Assembly: GCA_038109055.1 (NCBI GenBank)
Contig: JAYNIM010000002.1
Location: 79,759 to 143,758, forward strand
Reading direction: 5' to 3'
DNA from: a bacterium
GTDB taxonomy: Bacteria > Margulisbacteria > Marinamargulisbacteria > GCA-2716485 > JAYNIM01
DNA length: 64,000 nt
Shown here: positions 30,536 to 38,947 of the stretch, piece by piece
Layout: each line of letters begins with the position of its first letter
How positions within the stretch are numbered: position 1 is the stretch's first letter
Translations under genes and position numbers: made by a program
Notes under the pieces: generated by a model
Database searches by the model: none
What the model saw: the letters and a program-made list of their open reading frames with translations, nothing else
What the model was told of the DNA's origin: nothing

Positions 30536-31436
30536 AGAAATAGAAAGATTCCTCAGGTTTCTTTCTACAGAAAAACAATATAGTCATCATACCATAAAAA
30601 ATTATCAACGTGACTTATATAAATTTGCAAACCATTTTAACCTACAAAAATACACCCTAAACGACGTCAAACAGCAACACTGTCAACAATATATCTATCA
30701 ACTAGAACAAGAAAAATATAGCCGCAAAAGTATCGCACGTCACCTCTCAACATTACGTAGCTTTTGGTCGTATGTAAGCAGTAAAAATAAAGAAGTATCA
30801 AATCCTTGGCAAATCATGAGCAGCCCAAGAATAAAAAAACAATTCCCCCAAATTTTGAGCCATAAAGACATTCACACATTCTTAAATACCTTAGAAACAA
30901 AAACACCCATAGATATCCGAAACAAAAGTATCTGTGAACTCTTGTATAGCAGCGGGATACGCGTATCTGAACTTTGCAACATTTCTTTAGAGCACATCAA
31001 TTGGCAAGAAAAGGAAATCCATATCATTGGTAAAGGCAACAAAGAGCGCAGTGTTTTATTTGGAGAAACAACAAAAAAATTTCTACGCAATTACATCCAA
31101 AATGTGCGAACGAAATGGGCAAAAAATAAACAAGATAAAGTCTTTCTAAACACCTATGGTAGCGCATTATCAACAAGAAGCGTTCAACGTATCATAAAAA
31201 CTGCAGCTAAAAAACAAAATCTCCAACAACATATCACCCCTCATACCTTTAGGCACTGCTTCGCAACAAATTTATACGAAGGCGGAGCAGATTTAAGCAT
31301 TGTCCAACATCTATTAGGCCACGAAAATATAAACAGTACACAAATCTACACACATCTATCTGTAAAACATCTAAAAAAAGTATTTAATAACGCTCATCCA
31401 AGAGCCAGTCTCAAAAAAAACAAAGAGAAATCTTAA
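30519..31436 (+). CDS. xerC: Tyrosine recombinase XerC/XerD
   Basis: GIRVSEL, GKGNKER, HTFRH, LGH, TQIY; N-terminal SAM-like domain. Confidence 0.9.
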   Translation: MPTTIKEIERFLRFLSTEKQYSHHTIKNYQRDLYKFANHFNLQKYTLNDVKQQHCQQYIYQLEQEKYSRKSIARHLSTLRSFWSYVSSKNKEVSNPWQIMSSPRIKKQFPQILSHKDIHTFLNTLETKTPIDIRNKSICELLYSSGIRVSELCNISLEHINWQEKEIHIIGKGNKERSVLFGETTKKFLRNYIQNVRTKWAKNKQDKVFLNTYGSALSTRSVQRIIKTAAKKQNLQQHITPHTFRHCFATNLYEGGADLSIVQHLLGHENINSTQIYTHLSVKHLKKVFNNAHPRASLKKNKEKS

Positions 31437-31461
31437 CAAAAGCAAACAACCTTGCTATAGT
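31433..31461 (+). promoter_or_regulatory. Promoter of tRNA-Gly/tig operon
   Basis: TTAACA-17-TATAGT with TG extension. Confidence 0.6.
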
Positions 31462-31471
31462 TTTTTCAAGT

Positions 31472-31544
31472 GCGGGATTAGCTCAGTTGGTAGAGCGTTT
31501 GCTTGCCAAGCAAAAGGTCGCCAGTTCGAACCTGGTATCCCGCT
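31472..31544 (+). tRNA. tRNA-Gly (GCC), CCA not encoded
   Basis: Acceptor GCGGGAT/ATCCCGC, D arm GCTC/GAGC, anticodon arm TTTGC-TTGCCAA-GCAAA, T loop TTCGAAC. Confidence 0.97.
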
Positions 31545-31559
31545 TTAAGGAAGATAAGT

Positions 31560-32843
31560 ATGAAAATATTAGAACAAAAAAGAAAAGAAAACATCATAAA
31601 ATTAAAAATTGAAGTATCTCACGAAGAAATAGACGAACAAAGACAACCCGCATTTAAGAAAATATCTAAAAATGCCCTAGTCCCTGGTTTTAGAAAAGGG
31701 AAAGCCCCAATAGAATTATTTATCCAACATTTTGGTGAAGCACAATTAATACAAGAGGCTACTTTAGCCGCCATTAATGAGGCTTATTTCAAAGCCATCA
31801 AAGAAAAAGACATAGACGTTGTAGACTACCCAAAAAATATAGATATTGCAGAATATAAAAAAGAAAAACCCCTAACCTTCAGCTGCGAAGTAGACGTAAA
31901 ACCCATCATTAAACTTGGCAAATATAAAGGGATAAAAGTACAAAAAGAACTCAAAAAGGTAGAACCCAAAACAATAGAAAACGAACTTAAAAAACTTCAA
32001 GAAAATAGTAGCTCGTATAAACAAGTAGATCGCCCTATTAAAGATAAAGATCTTGTCGTTGCTGACGTTGTTTGCAAAGAAAACGACACAATTTATGCCG
32101 CTTGGACAAAAGAAAATTTTGCCATCCAAATAGGTCAAGAATTTTTTGGAAAAGACCTAGATAAAACGTTAATTGGTAGCAAAAACAAAGAAAACAAAAA
32201 AACAACCATTAGCTATCCTAAAGATTATAAAAACAAGGAAATCGCAAACAAAAAATTAGATTTTGACATTACCATCAAAGAAATTAAAGAAAAAGAACTT
32301 CCAGAACTAACAGACGAATTTATCCAAAAAAATTCTCAATTCAAAACACTAAAAGAATTGAAAGAAAAAATACAAGAAAATTTAAGCACTCAATACGAAC
32401 AAGAATGTGAAAACAAATTAAAAACAGATGTAATTGACAGCATCATCAATCCACTAAAAATCCAAATCCCAGACGCCTTACTAGCAAAGGAAAAACAATA
32501 TGAATTGCAACAATATGAATCTATCTTAAAACAATCTGGATTAAGTTTGAAACAATACCTCACGTTAACCAAAAAAAATGAAGAAGAAATTTTAAAAGAA
32601 ATGCTTCCAACAATAGAAAAACGCATCAAAACAGAGCTTGCATTAGAAGAAGTCGCAAAACAAGAAAAAATAGAAGCCACCGAAGAAGATCAATTAATTG
32701 AAATTAAAAAAGCCAACCCAAAAATACGTACAGACGAAGAAGCTAAAAAATTACTTCCGCGTCTTGATATTTCACGTTTAAATTTTCACATCAAACAAAT
32801 AAAAGCTGTTCAGTTCTTGCTTGATCACGCCAAAATATCATAA
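31560..32843 (+). CDS. tig: Trigger factor
   Basis: VPGFRKGKAP; ATG 31560 after AAGGA; the track's earlier start lies within the tRNA. Confidence 0.95.
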   Translation: MKILEQKRKENIIKLKIEVSHEEIDEQRQPAFKKISKNALVPGFRKGKAPIELFIQHFGEAQLIQEATLAAINEAYFKAIKEKDIDVVDYPKNIDIAEYKKEKPLTFSCEVDVKPIIKLGKYKGIKVQKELKKVEPKTIENELKKLQENSSSYKQVDRPIKDKDLVVADVVCKENDTIYAAWTKENFAIQIGQEFFGKDLDKTLIGSKNKENKKTTISYPKDYKNKEIANKKLDFDITIKEIKEKELPELTDEFIQKNSQFKTLKELKEKIQENLSTQYEQECENKLKTDVIDSIINPLKIQIPDALLAKEKQYELQQYESILKQSGLSLKQYLTLTKKNEEEILKEMLPTIEKRIKTELALEEVAKQEKIEATEEDQLIEIKKANPKIRTDEEAKKLLPRLDISRLNFHIKQIKAVQFLLDHAKIS

Positions 32844-32878
32844 GCTAAAGGAATATCACTTATAATAAGGAGTTATTT

Positions 32879-33466
32879 ATGCCATTAGTCCCTATGGTTA
32901 TTGAACAAACTGGTAAAGGAGAAAGATCATATGACATCTATTCCCGATTACTAAAAGAACGGATTATCTTTCTACACGAGGCCATCGATGATAACGTAGC
33001 AAATCTAGTCATTTCTCAATTACTATTTTTAGAAGCAGAAGACCCCAACAGAGAAGCCTACTTATACATCAATAGTCCCGGAGGCGTAGTCACTGCAGGT
33101 CTCGCTATTTATGACACCATGCAATTTATAAAAACAAAAGTATCTACCATCTGTATGGGGCAAGCTGCCTCAATGGGCGCATTTCTACTAGCGTCTGGTG
33201 AAAAAGGAAAACGCTTCGCCTTACCTAATGCACGCATCATGATCCACCAACCCCTAGGCGGTGCTCAAGGACAAGCTACAGATATTGAAATCCAAACAAA
33301 AGAAATTTTAAGAATAAAAAAATTACTAAACAATATTTTATCTGAACAGACGGGTAAAAAATTAACAACCATTGAAAAAGACGCAGAACGCGATTTTTAT
33401 ATGGGCGCAAAAGAAGCAAAAGCATACGGATTAATCGACGAAATTATAACCAAACCCATCAATTAA
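32879..33466 (+). CDS. clpP: ClpP protease subunit
   Basis: [28 protein letters not shown]. Confidence 0.99.
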   Translation: MPLVPMVIEQTGKGERSYDIYSRLLKERIIFLHEAIDDNVANLVISQLLFLEAEDPNREAYLYINSPGGVVTAGLAIYDTMQFIKTKVSTICMGQAASMGAFLLASGEKGKRFALPNARIMIHQPLGGAQGQATDIEIQTKEILRIKKLLNNILSEQTGKKLTTIEKDAERDFYMGAKEAKAYGLIDEIITKPIN

Positions 33467-34738
33467 ATGACACATGCAGAAAATGATCTATTTTGCGGAT
33501 TCTGCAATAAATCACAAAAACAAGTAAGACGTCTCATTGCAGGCCCTAAATTTAATATTTGCGACGAATGCGTCGGGGTCTGCAGTAGTATTATTCAAAA
33601 AGAAACGAATCCAGATTCAGACAAAGAAAAATCTGAAGCTCCCTTATTTGAAAATTTTAATGATCTTCCAAAACCAAAAGACATATTCAACTTTCTTAAC
33701 CAATATATCATTGACCAAAACGACGCAAAAAAAGTAATTTCAGTTGCGGTTTACAACCATTACAAACGGGTATTTTGTCAAACACACACAATCAAAAATC
33801 AAGACATCGAGCTTCAAAAAAGCAACATTTTACTTTTAGGCCCAACAGGTACCGGCAAAACACTCTTTGCACAAACGCTAGCGAAACTACTCAATGTACC
33901 TTTCACTATTGCAGATGCAACCACCTTAACCGAAGCTGGCTACGTCGGTGAAGACGTCGAAAGCATGCTATTTCAACTACTTCAAGTCGCCAATCACGAC
34001 ATTAAAAAAGCAGAACTAGGGATCGTTTATATTGATGAAATTGACAAAATCACCCGAAAATCTGAAAACGTCTCCATCACCCGCGACGTGTCAGGCGAAG
34101 GCGTACAACAAGCCTTACTAAAACTATTAGAAGGCACCAAAGTTAACGTCCCTATTCGTGGAGGTCGAAAAAACCCACAACAAGAGTTTATCACCGTTAA
34201 TACCAAAAATATGCTCTTTATTGCAGGGGGCGCCTTTCATGGCTTAGAAGACCTCATTGAAAAACGCTTAAACACGAAACGCTTTGGTTTTCAAGGAAAA
34301 GAAGGTCAAGAAAAACCAAAAATCAACTGCATTTTTGAACACACTCAACCCGAAGACCTCCAACACTATGGCCTTATTCCCGAAATTATTGGCCGCTTAC
34401 CTGTCATGGTAGGTTTGCATGACTTAGATGAAAAAGCCTTAGTAAGGGTCCTCACGCAACCTAAAAATGCCCTTGTAAAACAATATCAAACCCTCTTCGA
34501 AATAGATGATATTAAATTAACTATGACACCAAAAGCCTTAAAACTCATTGCCAAAATTGCCAAAACTCGAAAATTAGGTGCAAGAGCCCTTAAAAGCATG
34601 TGTGAAGAGCTCTTACTCGAGCCCATGTTTGAAGGCCCATCAAACACGCTCAAAACCTTTGAATTAACTGAAGAAATAGTCAAGGCTCATGCCCTAAAAA
34701 AATTACCAAAGCATCTACTAGAAACCCTAAATTTATAA
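33467..34738 (+). CDS. clpX: ClpX ATPase
   Basis: CGFC..CDEC zinc finger, [21 protein letters not shown]. Confidence 0.98.
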   Translation: MTHAENDLFCGFCNKSQKQVRRLIAGPKFNICDECVGVCSSIIQKETNPDSDKEKSEAPLFENFNDLPKPKDIFNFLNQYIIDQNDAKKVISVAVYNHYKRVFCQTHTIKNQDIELQKSNILLLGPTGTGKTLFAQTLAKLLNVPFTIADATTLTEAGYVGEDVESMLFQLLQVANHDIKKAELGIVYIDEIDKITRKSENVSITRDVSGEGVQQALLKLLEGTKVNVPIRGGRKNPQQEFITVNTKNMLFIAGGAFHGLEDLIEKRLNTKRFGFQGKEGQEKPKINCIFEHTQPEDLQHYGLIPEIIGRLPVMVGLHDLDEKALVRVLTQPKNALVKQYQTLFEIDDIKLTMTPKALKLIAKIAKTRKLGARALKSMCEELLLEPMFEGPSNTLKTFELTEEIVKAHALKKLPKHLLETLNL

Positions 34739-34872
34739 ATAAACAAAAACAAACCTCCCACTTACAAGCATAATTAAAAACAATTTAACGTCTATATTTC
34801 AAAAATAACTATAAAAATACTGGCTTTATATAGGTTTAAACACCCACAAGTAAGGGAAACTCTTAATTATCA

Positions 34873-36618
34873 ATGCTAAAAAACAACGTCATCTATTGGA
34901 AACTTATATTACTCTGCGCAATAATCACTGTTACAACATTATGTTTTATAGCCATTAAAACCCACACATTCATCAGCATAGACACAAAAGTTTACATCAC
35001 AGAAAACCCCTATATCACCTCTTTCTCATTTAAGAATATATCTACCCTAATCAAACCGTATATTTATTGGATGCCTCTCACATGGTTATCATATATGCTT
35101 GATTATCACTTCTTTAAGTTAAATCCAGCCGCTTATCACCTGCATAATTTGCTATTACATCTAATAAACACCGTCCTTGTATTCTTTATAATTAAAAAAT
35201 GTATGTCGCTACATTGGCAAAAAAAAATACCCTCATGGCCCTTATGGACAATTGTAACACTAAGCACCTTATTTTGGGCGATACATCCAATGAGAGTCGA
35301 AGCTGTCGCGTGGGCCATAAACAGAAAAGGCTTACTATCCAGCCTTTTTTTCCTATCAAGCATACTATGTTATTTACACATCACCAAAAAAAATACCCTA
35401 AAGATACTAGGATACACCACACTATTAGGCATAATGGCACTAGCATCCCACCCAAATACCCTAATATTACCCCTCCTATTAATACTACTAGACATTTACC
35501 CCTTAAAAAGAACGAATACCTCTCAACTAGGCCCCCCACTCACTAAAATAACTAATGTAATAAAAACATTTGGCTTACGAATAATAGAAAAAGTTCCCTT
35601 AATAATATGCGCCACTAGCATTAGTATCCTAACCATGATAAGTCAAAGAAACATAGCCGCTATTGCAAACACCAATATACTGACAACAATAAACAATGCC
35701 AGCTATCAATTATGGTTTTATATCAAAGAAACACTCATTAATTTAAATCAAGCACCCATTTACAGTCCCATAAATTTCAACAAACCAACCCCCTTAATCA
35801 TAAGTATTTTTCTTGGATTAACACTCTTAACCTATTACTGCTACAAAAATGTTTCAAACAAACCCTATCTAAGTATCTTAGGCCTATGTTATATAATATG
35901 TTTACTCCCTACCTTAGGCATCATTCAAGCAGGATGGATTACCCATGCAGACAGGTGGTCATATTTAGCCAGTATCCCCGTAATCATCTTCATAACTGGT
36001 CTATTACTAAGATATAGAAAAAGTAACTTAATATTATTAGCCTTTATAGGCTTACTCCTGACTCAAACATACTTTCAACAACAAAAACTTAAATTATGGA
36101 AAGATAATTTAAGCATGTTCACCTATCTATACACACACAATCCACAAAATAATCTTTTCTTCAAAATTAAATACGCACAAGCTTTAATCGAACAAAATAA
36201 GTTATCAAAAGCAAAACAAATCTTAATAAAGGAACGTACAACAAAAAACAAACATCTTAAAGAAGCCATCTACCACTTTCTATATAAAATATCTGAAAAA
36301 GAACATAATACAGCTAATATTATTTTCTATCTTCAAAAATGTATAACCCTCAACCCCCTCTCACACCTAAACATAGAACGATTAGAAAAACTCACGATCT
36401 ACTATAAACAACAAAACAACCCCCAACAAGCCACTGAAAGTCAACAAAAGCTACACATACTTCTTCCAAGAATAAAAGAGCGATATAAAAATAATCCAAC
36501 AATACATATTACCCCCCAATCAAATCGAAAAAATTCAATGTTTAAACATCCTTATACAGGGAATATCTATAGTACACAGGTAAAAAGTGAAAACAAACAG
36601 GTGGTGGAAAAAATGTGA
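34873..36618 (+). CDS. TMTC-like GT-C membrane glycosyltransferase with C-terminal helical/TPR-like region
   Basis: YWMPLTWLSYMLDY, YHLHNLLLHLIN, AIHPMRVEAVAW, ADRWSYL. Confidence 0.8.
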   Translation: MLKNNVIYWKLILLCAIITVTTLCFIAIKTHTFISIDTKVYITENPYITSFSFKNISTLIKPYIYWMPLTWLSYMLDYHFFKLNPAAYHLHNLLLHLINTVLVFFIIKKCMSLHWQKKIPSWPLWTIVTLSTLFWAIHPMRVEAVAWAINRKGLLSSLFFLSSILCYLHITKKNTLKILGYTTLLGIMALASHPNTLILPLLLILLDIYPLKRTNTSQLGPPLTKITNVIKTFGLRIIEKVPLIICATSISILTMISQRNIAAIANTNILTTINNASYQLWFYIKETLINLNQAPIYSPINFNKPTPLIISIFLGLTLLTYYCYKNVSNKPYLSILGLCYIICLLPTLGIIQAGWITHADRWSYLASIPVIIFITGLLLRYRKSNLILLAFIGLLLTQTYFQQQKLKLWKDNLSMFTYLYTHNPQNNLFFKIKYAQALIEQNKLSKAKQILIKERTTKNKHLKEAIYHFLYKISEKEHNTANIIFYLQKCITLNPLSHLNIERLEKLTIYYKQQNNPQQATESQQKLHILLPRIKERYKNNPTIHITPQSNRKNSMFKHPYTGNIYSTQVKSENKQVVEKM

Positions 36619-36670
36619 TAAAAAAAATAACAATAAAAAAAAACCTTAAAAAATTTATAAGGGGGAAAAA

Positions 36671-37471
36671 ATGATAAAAACCATACAAAAATATATTATA
36701 TTCTTATTAACACTAACTCTAACAACAAGCATAGCTTTTGCAGGCTGGGATACTTCTAGCTGGATTTATAATAATGGAACCCCAGGAGCTGGAACAGTAG
36801 CCAATGATTCAGAAGTAATTGAAGTAACAGCCTACATAGAAGAAGTAAGTACCCTAGAGTTAAAACCATCTACGGCATTTCATGGCGATGATAGCGGTAA
36901 CACATTCACACCATCAGTAGCATTAGGCGTCTTGGCTCTAGACTCTGAAACAAATCATCCCTACGCAATGATTGAGATACATAACAACAACCCAGTAGGA
37001 TATTCAATAAAAGTAGAATCAGCAGGAAATTGTAAACTTAAAAGAAAGTATTTTGATGGTAGCGCGTGGCAAGAATGGGCAACAAATTCTGACACAGATG
37101 CTAATTTTGCAGCAGGTAACGAAATAGCCTATACTATCTCAACTGAGATACTCGTAACAGGGGCTAATACGGGTGGCTCTCACACTGCCGCATCAGGATC
37201 TTATGATGGATCTAATGCGACTGCGCATGATTCAACAATGTCCGCGATTCATAAAGAAGGTGGAGCAAATAAACATAATCTAGAAGATATGTCTGCAGGA
37301 TCTGCCGGATCACATACCTTTAGCTATGTAGATGGAACTGGAACAGTCAACATCAAACATGGAACATACGGCAAAAGGATCACATTTTTTATGCACGCAA
37401 CTCCAACTAAAGCTAATTTAAGAGGTTTATATAGCGATACCATCACATTTACATTAATAGACGGAGCATAA
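36671..37471 (+). CDS. Secreted pilin-like subunit (putative major fimbrial protein)
   Basis: Signal peptide ending AFA; NNNPVGYSIKVES; C-terminal GLYSDTITFTL strand typical of chaperone-usher pilins; GGGGG RBS. Confidence 0.7.
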   Translation: MIKTIQKYIIFLLTLTLTTSIAFAGWDTSSWIYNNGTPGAGTVANDSEVIEVTAYIEEVSTLELKPSTAFHGDDSGNTFTPSVALGVLALDSETNHPYAMIEIHNNNPVGYSIKVESAGNCKLKRKYFDGSAWQEWATNSDTDANFAAGNEIAYTISTEILVTGANTGGSHTAASGSYDGSNATAHDSTMSAIHKEGGANKHNLEDMSAGSAGSHTFSYVDGTGTVNIKHGTYGKRITFFMHATPTKANLRGLYSDTITFTLIDGA

Positions 37472-37476
37472 AAAAA

Positions 37477-37505
37477 AGGTCTTATCCCCTTTGGGGATAA
37501 GACCT
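37477..37505. terminator. Bidirectional intrinsic terminator
   Basis: Perfect 13-bp stem AGGTCTTATCCCC-ttt-GGGGATAAGACCT between convergent pilin genes. Confidence 0.9.
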
Positions 37506-37509
37506 AAAA

Positions 37510-38163
37510 CTAATCTGAAAGAGTAATAACAAGTCTATCCTTATAATACCCTCTAAGTAATGCAGAATCTAAAACTGGGACATACGCCCAGAAATTTATT
37601 TTTTTATCCACTGTTGCTTCCTTAACCGTCCCCATTAAAGTACCATCATCCGTAAAAAGCATTACAAGGTCCGAAGTCAATTGCTTGCTCGGATAACTAC
37701 CTACAGCATATAAATAATGAGTCTCAATAGTGGTAGGCAAAACCTCATTTAAACCGGCATCTTGCAACCCCAATCGACCCTCGTTTGTTAATTCAAAAGA
37801 GACATAATACGGTACCTCGGCCCCCTTTCCATAGACCCAATCAGTCGTAGAATGATGGGCGTATTCTTTCCACTGACTCCCATCCCAATACTGCCTCAGC
37901 AAACGGCCAGAATTTTCACTATGGATAGTCACAGAAAACCCCCATGGGAAATTACATGAAACAATAAAAGCAAACAATTTTTGATAAACATCACTGTGAT
38001 TAATCTGACCTATATCCAATCCCCCTTGACTAGAATCTATAGATAAAGAATAGTCTGCTCGTACAGACCCCTTTAAAAGGGCTTCCTTTTCAAGGGTAAT
38101 CGAAAAACTAGTCGAAAAAAAAAGAAAATTTAGCAGAAAAACAAAAAATAAGGAATTTTTCAC
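37510..38163 (-). CDS. Secreted pilin-like subunit, paralog of 36671-37471
   Basis: Signal peptide; RQYWDGSQWKEYA matches RKYFDGSAWQEWA; C-terminal LRGYYKDRLVITL. Confidence 0.72.
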   Translation of the reverse strand: MKNSLFFVFLLNFLFFSTSFSITLEKEALLKGSVRADYSLSIDSSQGGLDIGQINHSDVYQKLFAFIVSCNFPWGFSVTIHSENSGRLLRQYWDGSQWKEYAHHSTTDWVYGKGAEVPYYVSFELTNEGRLGLQDAGLNEVLPTTIETHYLYAVGSYPSKQLTSDLVMLFTDDGTLMGTVKEATVDKKINFWAYVPVLDSALLRGYYKDRLVITLSD

Positions 38164-38209
38164 CCATCATTTATAGCATATTTTAAAAAAAAGAGATAGA
38201 ATAGTGATT

Positions 38210-38947
38210 ATGAAAAATATATTAGGTATTACTATATGTCTTTTACTATTAAGTGTACAAATCCTCGCGACAAATGCATCTCTTAGCAGAAAGGAAATCA
38301 ATATAGATTATAACAATTCAACAAAACTAATCTTAACAAACAAAGCAGACGAAATAAAAGCCTTTGAAATATCTCTATATGAACGTAATATAGATGAAAA
38401 AGGTCAAGACATAAAAGTCGACAGCGATATAGAAAATAATTTTTTAATCATTCCCTCTCAAGTAATCCTCTCTCCATTTGGTGAAGAAACCATCTCAATA
38501 ACCTATATAGGGGATAAAAATATTACAAAAGAAAAAGCCTATCATATACTTATAAAACAAATTGAAATTAATTTCGATGAAAACAATACTGAACTCATAC
38601 AAAGATCTAAAGATTCTTTATATGCAAAACTCACAGTCCTAACAAATTTAATAAAAAACATGTACCTTACTCAAAGTAATTTTGAACCCAAGCTAGAGAT
38701 TATCAATAAAAAAATAAATGACCGAACAATGGAAATTGAAATAAAGAATAGTGGCCAAAAACGCTTAATAATGGGGGGAGACAAGCCAAAACTGTTTTTT
38801 CTACTTAAAGATACAGATAATAACATTTTAAAATTCAGAGCCAAAACAGCCATATTATTACCAAACCAAACCTTTAAAAATATTATTGAAATACCAAAAT
38901 CTGTAAATTTAAAAGATCAAGACATTTCATGGGAATTTTCCCGTTAA
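38210..38947 (+). CDS. PapD-like periplasmic pilus chaperone
   Basis: Signal peptide; PSQVILSPFGEETISITYIG...EKAYHILIKQI; IKNSG; ILLPNQT. Confidence 0.75.
   Translation: MKNILGITICLLLLSVQILATNASLSRKEINIDYNNSTKLILTNKADEIKAFEISLYERNIDEKGQDIKVDSDIENNFLIIPSQVILSPFGEETISITYIGDKNITKEKAYHILIKQIEINFDENNTELIQRSKDSLYAKLTVLTNLIKNMYLTQSNFEPKLEIINKKINDRTMEIEIKNSGQKRLIMGGDKPKLFFLLKDTDNNILKFRAKTAILLPNQTFKNIIEIPKSVNLKDQDISWEFSR

Noticed and set aside
30519..31544. Prophage integrase next to tRNA-Gly
   Set aside because: Size and motifs fit housekeeping XerC; no att duplication or phage genes; host-like composition.
31503..31559. N-terminal extension of trigger factor in the ORF track
   Set aside because: Overlaps tRNA-Gly; ATG 31560 has an RBS.
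37472..38209. Invertible phase-variation cassette around the reversed pilin
   Set aside because: No flanking inverted repeats or adjacent invertase seen; the gene has minus-strand composition, implying a long-fixed orientation.
4255..38947. TAA recoding suggested by in-frame TAA junctions (metK, cinA/recA, clpP/clpX, chaperone/usher)
   Set aside because: TAA ends most conserved genes at their expected C-termini; cinA/recA and clpP/clpX are normal adjacent genes.
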